Under the pieces are notes generated by a model, which searched no databases, was not told the origin of the DNA, and saw nothing but the letters and a program-made list of their open reading frames with translations. Positions 24,772 through 38,250 of a DNA stretch of 64,000 nt are shown here, one piece after another; position 1 is the stretch's first letter; the number at the start of each line of letters is the position of its first letter. Source of the DNA: Gekko japonicus. Taxonomy: Eukaryota. The DNA is taken from assembly GCF_001447785.1 (NCBI RefSeq), contig NW_015169179.1:95069-159068 (forward strand), given 5' to 3'. The translations under genes were made by a program, and so were the position numbers.

Positions 24772-25027
24772 CTTCAATGGTCCTGCCAATAACTTGTTGG
24801 GTGAGATCAGTCACATGGCTCCAGCTGATGCCCTGGTCTGAACTAGACACATAGCAGAGGCGTGCAGCATTTTGGCCTGTGATGATCTGAAAGGCTTCAG
24901 GGGTCCTGCCCAGCACAGCAATGAAAAACAGGAAAATCACACCGGTGAGCTCATCATAGATGGGGCAAGGATTCATGGACCGATGGTGTGGCAGAGTTGC
25001 AGTTTCAAGAGCCCGCATATCTTCCCA
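24772..25027 (-). CDS. NEU4: NEU4 coding exon 2
   Basis: HRSMNPCP, FLFFIAVLG, NAARLC, Asp box SSDQGISW; 256 bp; GT-AG boundaries; followed by a 95-bp intron. Confidence 0.95.
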
Positions 25028-25217
25028 CTGGTAAATATAGATAATGAAAGAGCTTAGCAGATATCACTCACGTTCTTATTCAGTTTTCTGTTTGGGGTTT
25101 TTTTTTACACAATCATTTATCTTAAAACAATAACTCTGTTTGTATGATCAAGGAATGAATCTAAAGCAAGGAAAAGAGCCACAAGATAATCAAGGTATTT
25201 TGCTATAACCGAGGAAA

Positions 25218-25337
25218 CATAAGAGAACGTAAGAACATAAGAGAAGCCAATGTTGGATCAGGCCAATGGCCCATCCAGTCCAACACTCTGCCACACAGTG
25301 GCCAAAAATACCAGGTGCCATCAGAAGGTCCAGCAGT
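25218..25337 (-). mobile_element. CR1 3' terminal fragment
   Basis: aagaacataagagaagccaatgttggatcaggcc CR1 tail. Confidence 0.85.
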
Positions 25338-26284
25338 GTCCATTAATACCATGGTGTGCAGAAGCAGATGTCAAGAGGAACACATACTTTTCAGTGACAC
25401 TTGTAAAACTAAAAAGGGGCCCTTCACACACGCTGTTGTCTGAGTCGTGTCAGTTGGGACCAAACCCTCACGCCCCAGGCCACTTCATTTTGTGACTCAT
25501 TTTCCTGATCACATGCAAAAGCATGAACAGTGTTCCTGCTGCCAAATATTTTGCTCTGTGAGTAAAGATATGAGAGAGAGCAAGGCTTTGACTAGGTAAC
25601 CAGAGGTTACAACAGCATCACTGTAAGGGAGTTCATTATTATTATCCTCATATTATAGACTGGTGGAAGGGGCAACTGAGGATGAGAGAATAGCATCTTG
25701 CCAGAGTTAATGGCACAGGAGAGAATTCAAAGTAGGGACTTCCCAGTTCACTGCTCAGCCCCACACCCACTACAGAAGAGTGTCTATGCAGAAGTGGAAA
25801 AGGGAGGTTAAAGAATGGAATAATAAGCGGAGCTCCAGTTGAATCACCTGTACTGATGGACTGTGAACAGCTGATTCACATGTGTGTATGTCACTAGATC
25901 TCTGATATCTTGATTACTTATTGATTGATGGTTAGCAATGGCATATGCAAACTATATCCACTGATACTCACTTGACCTGTTGTCCAGAAAGCTTTGCCTG
26001 TATCGTGTTGGGTTTGTTGTGGCTGTTTCACACATGTCAGCCATCCTCTGATATGCACAGTGCCAACTCTGTGAATCTGTCCAAAAATGTATTACATGAC
26101 ATTTAATGGGCCTAATGTCTGAGTCCTGCCTAGATGAAATAATTGCAGACTCTGCATAGGGCAAGCAGGAAGACAATACTCTCTCTTTCCTGCAATTCCA
26201 TCCATACTAAGCAATTGTATAGCAATTAGGGATGGTACACAGGCGCAGTCTAAGGTAGAGGATTCACAATACCAGGTGCTCCAG

Positions 26285-27150
26285 GACTGTTGTTTTCAAG
26301 TTCAGCAACCAGTCCGCCTATTAAGATCTGTCTCTCAAGACCTGTTCTCTGTGCCCCTACCTTCAGAGGTAAGACGAGTGCTGACTAGAAAGAGGACATT
26401 CTCTGTAGTGGCACCTCATCTTTGGAAGGCCCTCGCACTTGAGGCTTGTCTGTTGCCTACTTTATTTCCTTTTAGGTGCTAGGCCAAAACATATCTTTTT
26501 TAACCCAGGCTTTTAGTTGGGGGGGGAGGTGTTATCCTATCAGCTTTTTAATGGTCTTTGCTATATGTACAGTTTTATGCTGCATATGTATAGTAGTTTG
26601 CTTTTTTAATGGCTTGTTTTTGTACTGTGCTTTCTAAATCTGTAAGCTCCCATGAACAGGACTCTAAAGAGGCAGTGTAGATAACCAAGGCCAGGGCTTT
26701 CTCGGTGGCGGCTCCTACCTGGTGGAACGAGCTCCCGGTGGAGATCAGGGCCCTGCGGGACCTAGTGCAGTTCCGCAGGGCCTGTAAGACGGAGCTCTTC
26801 CGCCAGGCTTTCGAGTAGGAGCCGCCGTCGCCGCCACTATACCATCATTGTGGCGGACTTACCACTTACCTGGCCTTGGATGGGGGTAAAATGTTGCCTG
26901 AGGAGGAACATCATCCCGGCGCTCCGGCATTTATTCCATCGGCCGCCAATGAGAGTCATCGACCATCTTGGATTTTAAAATGAACTTTAAATGAACCTTA
27001 TCATGTACTGTAGAGCACCATTTTAGCTTGTATTTATTGAAGTTTTAATGTATTTTATGTTTTGTTTCGGCTTGGCCGCTGTTAGCCGCCCTGGGCCATA
27101 TGGGTAGGGCGGGATATAAATCCCAAGAATAAATAAATAAATAAAATAAA
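26285..27150 (+). mobile_element. Two adjacent L2-like LINE 3' ends (old copy ~26285-26680; younger CpG-rich copy ~26682-27150)
   Basis: RTFSVVAPHLWKAL and RAFSVAAPTWWNELP..FRRACKTELF L2 ORF2 termini; (TAAA)n tail. Confidence 0.75.
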
Positions 27151-27296
27151 TATATTCTTAATAATAAATAGATTATAGGGGCAACAGCTAAAGAATGAGT
27201 AAAAGGTGGTGCAGAGACTGATACGATGTTGAGAATCGTTCCCCTTTTTTTGCTTTCCAATGGCCCCACCCCATTGCTTTAGCAAAACTGTCTTAC

Positions 27297-27497
27297 CTCC
27301 ACATAGTTCTTGTAGAAGGTGCCTCTTCTCAGCACCAGCAGGTTGGCATGAGCATCATCAACACTCAGCCTCTCCTCAGCAAAAGCCAGCAGTTTAGCAA
27401 CGCAGGGGATGTAGAGTAATGCTGGCACTCGGTATGTTACTCCACTTGTCTCCCTCTCAAATAGGACAGTCCGGGCAGGGAAATGGCGAGAGCCCAT
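27297..27497 (-). CDS. NEU4: NEU4 coding exon 1
   Basis: MGSRHFPARTVLFERE..TYRVPALL (YRVP sialidase motif), LVLRRG; donor GAG|gtaaga; 201 bp; total CDS 1530 nt = 509 aa. Confidence 0.95.
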
Positions 27498-28115
27498 CAC
27501 GACTGCAGCTGGGAAAGAAAATGTTAGGGGGAAGCCACAGTGCAGCCTCCATGGGTTAAAGAATAATTCCTTCAAGAAGCTGAAATTCTGTAACCAGACC
27601 GTAAACCAAATTTTCAGCAGCAGGCCAGTTTCACTGGTGTAAGCCCAAGACTTTGGGGGCAAATGTATAAGCACAGCATCAGGGGGGAAAGTGAGGCAGA
27701 GCAACTGGGAACAGCTAACAAAATTAAAATTTTGGAAACTGAGTTCAAGAAATCTAGAAAAATTTCAGGGAAAGGCAAAGACTCCAAAAGTGTTGACAAT
27801 TCTGAAAAAGGCAGCAAAATGGATAGAAAGTGAACCTGTCAAGAAATATGGTCGTATTACAGTAATCTCATTAAAACATTAGTATAGGACACATGCATCT
27901 AATTCTGCTGATTGAACCTTTGCGACATAATATATCTCAGACAAGCTAGTCAGTGAAAATATAGATAACATTCTAGAACAAACCTTTGCCAGAACTCTGG
28001 CACCTGAACATGCCAAATTCATGGATTAGGAAATCGTTTTGATACCATAAACAAATAAAAAATAATGAAGGATGGTTACCCAGAAGAATTCTTTAACAAA
28101 TGCCAAATGCAGTGC

Positions 28116-28372
28116 TAGGGCTGCTAGGTCCCCCTGGCCACTGGTGAGGGATGGAGGGCCGCCAGTGGTAAGGTTGCCAGATCCAGGTTGGGAAACTCCT
28201 GACGATTTGGGGATGGAGCCTGGGGAGGACACAGGGACCTCTGTGGTGTACAGTACTACAGAGATTACCCTCCAAAGCATCCCTTTTCTCCAGGGGAATT
28301 GATCTCTGTAGTCTGGAGATGAGCTGTAATTCCAGGGGATCCTCAAGTCCCACTTGAAGGCTGGCATCCCTA
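28116..28372. mobile_element. TAGGG-terminal hAT-like MITE
   Basis: tagggctgc...ggcatcccta ends; body shared with 8272..8476. Confidence 0.6.
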
Positions 28373-30898
28373 TGCATCTTTTATAACCCCCTAATCAGTT
28401 TGTTGAACTCAGTCTTACAAGTGAGAGTCATTCCAGAAACATGGAAAGAGGGCAGAGTCATATCCTCCAATCTTGCTCCTGAATCAGCATGTAAAAATCT
28501 GTAAGTCACTGTTGGCAGCCTGTCTCAAAAGGGATTTGTAACAAAGGGGCAAGCAGCAGGCAGGCTCAGTGGGACGTTACTGTCCCAATCTTCAGGCCTG
28601 CTGCACCACAACATACTGCTGGATCTGGCACAACACTAGCACCCACAACAAGTTGATATACTGTAATCATCAGTCTGTTGTACATGACAAAGGAAATGTT
28701 AATCCCCTTTAATAGCTCTGGCCAAATCCTCTCAATGGGCCCTGAAGGCTGTAGCCACTAATTGGATTCAGGTGGTGTAGAAAGGGAAGAAGAGACTTAA
28801 CCCTTCAATTTCCACTCAGTTTTTTCTAATCTGTATCAGAATCCCATAGCTGTTAAAGGGGAAAAGACAGGTTTTGAAAGGACACATCTTCCCCTCCCTT
28901 TAGAATGGCTAATAGCATCAGGGGTCCTCACTACAATCCCATGAAACACTGAGATAGACTGACTGGCCCGTAGTCACATAGCAAGCTTCCAGAGTGGAGT
29001 GGGGATTCAAACCTGGTTCTCCCAGACCCTAATTCAGTGGTCTGGCTCATTTAAAGGACTGTCTCCTGAGAGGAGCCTGTGTTGCAACTCTGGCCTTCCT
29101 AGGAGTTTCTTCTCTGTGCCCCACCCAAAGGAATTAAGGATGTCTCATCGTGGATGAGGTCCTTTTGGGCCAGAAAGCCTCCCTTCATGGCAAATTTTAT
29201 GGGGCAGTGTGAAACAGTTCTATTTAGGAGGGGCTTTGAGAGAGGTTAATTGATGTTACTATTCAGTAACAGTGGTTATTCAGGTTGATATTGTGGCTAT
29301 AATTTTTTTTTCTGTATTAATTGTCTTTGTGCTGTGCCTGGGGTTTTGTGTATGTATGTGTGAGGGGGATATTCTGAAGTCAGATGCTTCAAGGCCCTTT
29401 GATGGGATGGAATATAAATATTTTAATGAATAAACACGATTTTAAGGTCCTTTTCTTGCTAGCTAGCCAGATATGTTCCACGGGCATTTTCACCCTTGCA
29501 TGATACTCTGAAGTCTTCATTTGAACGATGGGCAATATCCCATTTACATGTAATAGATTGGGGAGACAGAAATAGCCCTGCTGCAGGGACAAAACCTGCC
29601 CTGGCAGAAGGAGAAAGGCAGAAGGGGAAGCACAAAGACTCCAAAGAATGTTTAATTACTTAGCAAAATGTTCACAAAACAGCAGAGCATTGAAGATGGT
29701 TGGTTATAGCCTTGCTTCCAAAATAGTAAGATAGATAGATAGGTGCTTGAATCGTACCGCTAGGAGAAAATATTTTTGGTACTGCTAGGGGAAAACAATT
29801 TTTAAAGTCTTGGTTAGATGGATGATATGTCTCACAGTGATGGTAGGCAGGAACAGTTTCACTTACAATTAGTTACATGGTGGGGTACAGATGCGTTCCA
29901 TATTGCAACCACAATAGTAATGAAAGCACTAGTGGGGGGGGGGTTGTCGGGTGGCAAAGATGGGGGGGCAGAATATGAGCAAAGCCCACTGCACGCAGTC
30001 CCTTCTGCCTTCTTCCTAGCAGGGAATGTTAGGCTGTTGGGAGCAGAGAAAGTACAGTAAATGGGAATAAAGAAAAAGAGATCAAGACTTCAAGAGTAAA
30101 GAAAGCATGAAACTACCAACCTGTTGCTCCTTTCCAGCTGCTCTCTCCTTCCTCTTTGGTTCTCAGAGCCACGGATAGTTACTGACATGAATCTTTGTCC
30201 ATCTGAATCCTTGTAGCCATTTTTAAATGTGACGTTCCTGGTAGATGCAGTCTCAGCTGCTTCCTTCTCCTCTTCTATGTGCCATGTTCCAGTTCTCAGG
30301 CCCCCTCCCCTCCCCTCTACCTCTGACCCACTGGGCTCTCTAGATGTTCCATGATTGGGGGAAAATCCCTGAGCCAGCAGCTCAATCAGCAAAAGGAGGA
30401 CAAAGGCCTCATTGTCTGAGTGCAGTGAGGACACTGTCAGCAACGTCCATGTGCAGGTACCCATGGCCATCGTTTTCCTCTTTATTTATTCTTAACTAGC
30501 TGGGAGAACACAGTCTGTGGGGATCTGTCATGGGACAAGCCTACCAAGATATCAGAACTTATTTAGCTATATATCTCCATAAACAAAACTGAACTCCTAG
30601 TGAAGCACCAGCTGTGCTCAAGCATCAAGAGCTCTCCCCTCACTAAGGCTATTACTGTTGCAGAAATCCCACTGGCCTCAATGCTATGTGCCCAGGAACA
30701 AATGGAAAGAGGCCAGGCTCAAAAGTCTAGGATGAAAGTGGCAATTCTGGTGGCAACTCCTTCCACAAACACTTCCACTGGATCCAACCAGTGGTTGCAT
30801 ATTGTCTCTTCCTGTTAGAAATTTGAAATGTGTGCAGTGACATTGTTGTAAAATAGTCAAAAGTATTTAAATTACTCAGAGTATCAATGGATCTTGCT

Positions 30899-31071
30899 TA
30901 GGGTTGCCAAATAATTTTCACTCACCGGCGGGGGAGTCCGCGTCCCGTCCGGGAGCAGTCCGCATGTGCGCGCGCGCGCTGCCGCAACGTCACCAGACGA
31001 TTCCGGCGGGGCGGGAATCGGGGGTTCCGAAGCGGGGGGTTACCCGCCCCCGGGCACATTTGGCAAGCCTA
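30899..31071. mobile_element. Young CpG-dense hAT MITE (173 bp)
   Basis: TIR tagggttgccaaat / atttggcaagccta; perfect 8-bp TSD ATCTTGCT at 30891-30898 and 31072-31079. Confidence 0.92.
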
Positions 31072-31668
31072 ATCTTGCTCTATTGGAAAGAGATTTCTTT
31101 GCGTTTAAAAACCTTTATTTCTAAAGGTAAAAGGTACACAGGAAACCTAGAAATAAACAAAACATCTAAGAGCTACATTTTCTAAGCTGCCTATAGTTCA
31201 ACACATAGTCACACACTAAGAACAGAGATAATGGAGAATCTGTCCTTCTTCTCGACCCCTAGAAAGGAAGTCACCTGGAACAAATAACCAATCACTTATC
31301 ACAACAGAAGTTACTTTTCCCGGGCTAATCCCCCATTGGCTCTATTGCCAGGTTTCCCTTCCAGGTCAATAGCAATACTAGGTAAACAAGTTAACCCTAT
31401 AATGACTGGATTGTCAGACCTTGTAAACACAAACATTTCCAACATCCCTTCTACAGATATAACAACAGATCAACTAGCCCAGCACTGTCTGTACCAGGTG
31501 TAGGCAACCATTTTGGGGTGAGTGCCAAAAAAGCCATATCTGCCTGTGTCGCTGCAGTGGCTAGAAAGGTTCTCTAGTGGTTGCCAGCACTCTAGTATGG
31601 GTCTCCTCGGGAGTGCCCAGAGCACCCACCCTACCCCTTTATGCACTGCTTTTCCATTAGGTTTCCCT

Positions 31669-32154
31669 TATAAGTGACCAAATGAGGCAGGAGGACCCAG
31701 GCAGAGTAACAAACTATTTTTATTAAAGAGATTTAACAATAACTGTGATTCAATAATGTGTACAAAAAATGAGCACAGTAACGGCAGGTAAACTAGCAAA
31801 ATAAGAAACCCTAACATGTCTGACTATACTGTCCTAGCCTTCCCTAGGCCCCTGGTCTCAGACTGACTCACTCCTTTTGGATGAGGGATCCCTCCTTCTG
31901 CAGCAGCTTCACCAGCTCTGCTGCCTGGGAGTGAACCACCTCCCACTCTGGGCAAGGCCTTTTATCAGTTCTTCCCAGACACCACCCTGTACTCCTCTGC
32001 CGGTGTAAGTTTTCCCTCTAAACCCCCTGTTAACCAATCACAGGGTCCAGAGAGGACCTTGGAAATGTAGGCCCTGATAGCTACTCTAATACAGGCTTCC
32101 CTGGAGCTCCCTAGAGCCTGTAGGCCACACTACTATGGGCCTAGGCTCATGACA
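31669..32154 (-). mobile_element. Probable solo LTR (~486 bp)
   Basis: Minus strand begins TGTCA and ends CTTATA (degenerate TG..CA); internal ATTGG, GATAAAA and AATAAA in LTR order; flanks ccct/gcct (4-bp TSD, 1 mismatch). Confidence 0.65.
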
Positions 32155-33240
32155 GCCTGTGAAGATGCTGGTGTGCCAACAAACAAAATGCAGAGGTGAG
32201 GCAATGAAGATTGTACTTGGCAAGATAAACTGGGAGACAGCTGAACACCAGCAGCACTGCCAGCAACCCAAAGGACCTGGTGTGAGGCTGCATTGGTCCA
32301 GCAGGTGGTGCAAGGCACAAGCCATGACCATTGCCATTTTCTATGCTGCACTGCCAGTACCTCAGGGGCTTGCTTTGGTTGCTTGGGCAGAGAACTGTCC
32401 TAGCCCTGGGTGCTGAACAAGATGGCCAGGCATGCTGCACCCATGCTGAAGGCTACCTGTTCTCAGCAGGTCTCTGGTCTCTTGCGGTCAACTTTTAATT
32501 GGTATAGATCAGGCTCGGTGGGAATTTTCCTTTCAGCCAGTTTTTAGGACCAGACTTCTGCCAGCACAGTTGCCAAACTCATGGTAATGGTGCAGAAGGG
32601 GAGGGGGATGATTTCTGCTTGACAACACAGCATCCACTACGCTGCCAGAGTTCTGAATAACTGAGAAATTCCCACCAGGCCTGCTTTCAGTCAGATTCAA
32701 CAACCAGTGGAGCGGAAAGCTATTTCCACACCATTAAATTTTGCTCTGCAAGCCTTACCTCCATGCAACTCCAAATGGCACCGGAATAATATCATGGTGG
32801 TATTTACAGTGGGAGATTGTTGCCTTGATCAAACCCAGAGCAAATGAGGGAAGAACAGTAGAATTAAAGCTATCCCTAAAGCTGAGTCTGTTGCTTTTGA
32901 TAGGAAGGTGCTCAGTTTTCAGTGGTCCATATAAGTGGGATGAAGTTCTTAGCGATGGCACTCCTCTTCCAAGGAATCTTATGTCCCACATTTCTAAAAT
33001 ATTTATTTTATAGAACTGAGACCCAGCTTTTATCGGCAAGTCATGACAAAATACATACCCCCAATAAAATATGTTTTGTTATTAATTGGCTGCATTACTT
33101 CTTGTCTATTTCACAATACCTGTCTGTGCTCCCTGTCTTCTCCCTCCCCTTTCTACTGACCACACATAGAAATAAAATGACCGTTGGTCATTGAAGGGGC
33201 AGGCAGAGGCAGAAGCAAGGGTGAGATGGCAGCAGCAGCA

Positions 33241-33502
33241 AAAGAAGACTTGGTTTTTGTACCCCGCTCTTCACTACCTAAAGGGGTCTCACAGCGGCTT
33301 ACAATTGCCTTCCCTTCCTCTCCCCACAACAGACACCCTGGGAGGTAGGTGGGGATGAGAGAGCTCTGAGAAAGCTGTGACTGACCCAAGGTCACCCAGC
33401 TGGCTTCATGTGGAGGAGGAGGAGGAGGAGGAGTGGGGAATCAGACCCGGCTCTCCAGATTACAATCTGCCGCTCTTAGCCACTGCACCAGACTGGCTCT
33501 CC
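33241..33502 (-). mobile_element. tRNA-derived SINE (Squam3-like)
   Basis: Reverse complement similar to the 1812 SINE. Confidence 0.82.
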
Positions 33503-36500
33503 AGAGGATACTGTCCTCCAAAATCCACATCCTGAGGCCACTGCTTCACCTGGCCTCATTACTGGACCAACCCTGCACACAAGAAGCATGGATTGTCTCC
33601 CATCACAGGCATGCCCACCTTTTCTTTTCTTCAGTCTTTGTTTTTTGCTGTGTACATCTTGCACAATTTTTGGCTATCCCAAGATACCATAAAAAGATGG
33701 GCTAAAGCTGTACCTGAAAAATGAAATGTTTCAACTTGATAAGCACTTTTAGATCTGGGTTATTGTAATGATGTCGTTTGTGATTTTGTTTTATGGTGTT
33801 TGTAATTGATTGTAATCGCCTTTGGCTGTAGAAAATAAATGCTATCACTCATAAAAAGACATGACTCAAGGTTCTTTGTTTCAATTATACCCTAACAAGT
33901 ATCTGTGTGAAAATATGGCATTGATGGATGAGAGGTAGGAAAGAAGTACAGTCAACATAGCCATGTCACACAGTCATCCATGGGCATTGCATATACAGAG
34001 GCACAGGCACTGAAGTGGTGCCAGCCCCTGGTAATCATGTCTGTGGTATGATATCTACCATGGCAGAATATAGAGATAATTCACCTCTGTCTGGTGCCAG
34101 TGTCCTAAAGAGAGGATGAGAGACATCAGGACTACAGAGGCATGGGTAGCTGAATGAAATGCCTACAAGTTATCACACATCTCTTGTCCCACTACCACTT
34201 GTGCATTATCTAAATCCATGACATTTGTGGTTGCATATAGATGGTAGCTTGTTCAGAGATCTGCAGGTGATATAACACAGAAGTTCTTTCAGACAATTGT
34301 AAAACCTTGCAAAACCTTTAACCAAAGATCATAATGGGATAGAAAAATGGACAAGTGTACCTACATGATGCTAGTCCTTTTGAGATGTTACAATCACCAA
34401 ACATACATAACATGAACAAGCATTACCTGCAATCTTCCCAGAGTGCATGGTCATCGTGTGAACAAGAGCATATTAAAGATGCACCTACGGCCTCAGCATG
34501 CATGAATGTGAGCCAGTTCACCTGTACCAAAGTTATAAACATACGGTAAATATGTTAGTCACACCTGTTCACACAACATGAAGACTGCGTGTATCAGGAG
34601 GATCACAGGGTAGGACAAATTTCAGTTCCATGAGGTTGGCAGGCTCCCAGTAAACATGACTGGAATGTCTGAGAGTCTTCTACCCCTTCGCATACAGCAT
34701 TCTGGTGAAGAGGCTCAATGTGTGTAGGAAGGGAAGGGGCAATGGCATCGCGACAGCAGCTCCAGCCCTGGACCTGCACTCTTTCACTTGAAGTTGTGTA
34801 AAGGTTCTATTAGTGTACATGTATGTGGCTTTCTCCCCATTTGCAAACCTGGCTTATTCAGGGTTTCTAAATACACTTCTGCATACGTAAAGCCTTTACA
34901 TACCTTTGTGAACTCATAACCAGAGCTTGCTGTCACACAATTGCAGGTTTTTAAATAACCACAAAACTTAAACTGGAGCCAACAGGGAAACAATACCAGA
35001 CGAAAATGTGTGCACCTACAGGAAATGATGACTCTCTGACACCGTCCTCAAGTCTCTCAGTCTACATCTCATCCTTGGTCTGATGAACTGGAAATGCAAG
35101 GGAAGAAACAAATGTACAAATTGCAAGTACACTTGGCAAAGGAATGCACATTCTTCCTGATCGCAGTGATGGGCTAATGACCCTCTCTTTGTAATTTTGC
35201 TCTCCAAGTGTGGACCCCAAACTCTCTTGGCATCCTTGTTTATGGCATGTCATTCTTTGGAGTTTTGTTTGCATTGTTCTCTAATTTCTGTAATCCTACT
35301 CCTACTGGATTGTTATCGGACAACTTGTCCTGTAAGAATTGTTTTCTATATTGTGTTATCTGTCTCAAGTCTCGGGGAGGGTAGATGGGGCTATAAATGA
35401 AGTAAATAGATAAAGTTGGAGCCCATGATGCTAACTTTGGTTCGATATTACACCCTATCGCCTCCAAGGAAAATATGCTACCATGTAGCTGTTTTTTTCC
35501 TGAACCAAAACAATTGTTAATGTCAGAATTTCTTATGCTTGTATTTGCATTTATGTATTTGTATCTTAGGGATTTGGACATGCTATTTTTAACCCTCCCC
35601 ATCTACTGAATAGGTCAAAAGTTGATCCGGGAAGAAATTCAGTGGAGGTGGGGGAGCAGCTACATGCATCCACCTGCTTTGCTGAAGGTGAAAAGAGCTG
35701 GGAGTGAGAACACAACATGGGCTTTTCCTCCCTGCTACCATGAGGGGGCTACATGAGACCCAGCCCTGTCTAACAAACCTTGACTCCCCAAAAATGTTTA
35801 TGATGATACTGTCAAACTGAAATTAAAGCACTGCAAAACTGCCAGCTGCTGTGACTTCTTTCTGCAGAAGGTGGGGGGTCTTTCACCAGTGGAAGAAAGG
35901 AGCAGAGCAAGGCTCTACCCATTGTCAGAACAGGCTCATAGGAGTCAACTCCTAGAAACTATGAGCTTGAAAATGGATGAAACGGAGATGCAATCCATAA
36001 GGTACAATGGAAGATACAGGCAGGCAGTGGGGAATTTGTAAAGCTTTTCTATGCCTGCACTTTCTCCAAGGAACCACCTCTTTCCCATTTTTCTCACAGT
36101 AGGTGTTGCTTACAGCCTTGAAGCTGCCTTATACAGTAGAGGTTGTACAGGGAAAGTGTGGTTCAGATCCTTGGTCCTTCTAGCCTGGTATTATCTACTA
36201 CTCTCATAGCAGCTCTCCAGGGTCTGAGGATCTTCCCCACTATCTGAGGTCCTCTCTCTGGAGATGACTGGACTTGCAACTGGGACCTTCTGCATGTGCC
36301 TGAGCTATGTACATCTCCACTCAGGGAATATCTGCTTGGGGAAAGTGTATTCAGGAGGGATTCAGGGGAAAGTTCAACAGCCCTCACTTACTCATGTTGT
36401 GCTTTTAATTCACCACGACCACTCATTTGCTTCACAGGAAGTAAGCACCAGGCAATTTTGACATACGAGTCATAATGCCATGATGCCTATATGTTAGTGT

Positions 36501-38250
36501 AAGCTTAGACATTATTTAAGAATCTGGAAAAGGACAAGGAATCTACCAAGGCAGGTTGCACTGAAACCTAGAAGACACAAAACCAAAACACAGTATTACT
36601 GCTTGCATTATACATTCTATTTTTCCTTGAAAAGGTGAAACACTCATTGCTCACTTACAGTTCAATGTACAAAATGTCTACCTTTCCTCTAGGGCCCTGT
36701 GCAAACCTATGGCTGTTTTATTTTACATGGCTGGGGAGAAGAGAAGCTACTGTAAGCCTTGGCAAATTAATAATTTATTATTAAAAAGAGGGAGCTGTTT
36801 CCTAGAGAGGCTGGGTGAGTGGTTGCCTGGTAACAGGGCAGAAGGAGGGGGAGAAGCAGAGAGTGGGGTTGAGGCATTTCTAAAAGAGTGGTTCCTGAAG
36901 AGAAAAGCCCGTGGAGATGGAGAAAGGCCACGGCCGGGCCATGTGTGTCATAAAATGTAACGCCAGGTAACGGAGATATAAACTTTATGAAGGACAAAGC
37001 ACAACTGAAGATTTTTTTAAACTTTAAATAGAAACATGCTTAAAACATTAGTACTCTTGCAATATTTTATGAAACACTCTGATAACTGACACCTCTTGGT
37101 CTGAATGATTGCATCAAAATGTCTGTGCTGTAGCAATCTTGAGTACGCTGTTCAGGTGTGTCTCTGTAAGCTGCAAACCTACTTTTGTTTTTTTGAAATT
37201 CATTACAGAAATCTCATGCTCAGTGTTCTGAGCCTAGGATCCAGGGAAAACATAGAATGGCTGGACATTATGAGCTTTTGTACATAAATTGCTTTGTGTG
37301 CTGGTGAAGAACATGAGAAAGCGAACTGGAGACAAGCAGTGACAGTTCCTCCTCTACCTCTGTATCGTTGGGTGAGATCTTTGACTCTGACTCTGAAATG
37401 GGAGCAGCTTCTCCTAGATCATATAAGGTTAAAATCCCCTGGCAGAAGAAGAAGAAACGTAAAGGGAAGAAGCCACTTAAATGAAGACCTGAGATTCTTC
37501 TTTGTTAATCTTTGCATAATACATAACATTGCTCATATGTGTTACTATAAGTAATTAATATTTGTCTTTTTTATTTGAATACTCGATATTTGAAAGTAAA
37601 ATAATATACTGTAAGCATAATTAATAGGGAAATATCAAAAGCAAAAATTAGGATATTAGTGAGCCTTACTACTCTGTATTTGTAGTTTGTAGTATGTAGT
37701 ATTAGATATAAAAGCAATAAAAATTATAACAAAAAAAGAACATGAGAGGGCATCCTGACACAGACGGAGGGCTATGTGTTTGTCTACAAAACTATAGTCT
37801 TCCCTAGAGAAATAACTAAAATTCCTATGAGGCAGTACAAGAATAGAGAGACAGCAATGTATCAGTATGAGCCTACTAACTAGGAAGTCTAGGTTCAAAA
37901 GCCACAGTCTACCAAGGAAACGTGCTGGGTGAACTTGGTCTTGACACACACTCTCAGCTCACTGGCTTGTTGTTATTCCTCATCTAAATAGTTCACATTG
38001 CTTTCCTACTGAGAAAGCCTGGATCATGAGGGCATGAATACAGCGAAAAAGAGGAGGAGAACCCAGCTGCACCCAGGAGAGTCCTGGCATAACCAGTCCA
38101 GCAAAACACACAATATAGCAAGGCACACAAAAGTTCATGCCTTGAAAAAACTCTGTTGGTCTTAAAGGTGCTTTGTATTCCTCCCGTGCAATTGAGGCAG
38201 CTGCGCAAAGCAAGGCAGGAGGAAGGGGAGGAGCCTCAGCCAATGAAGGG

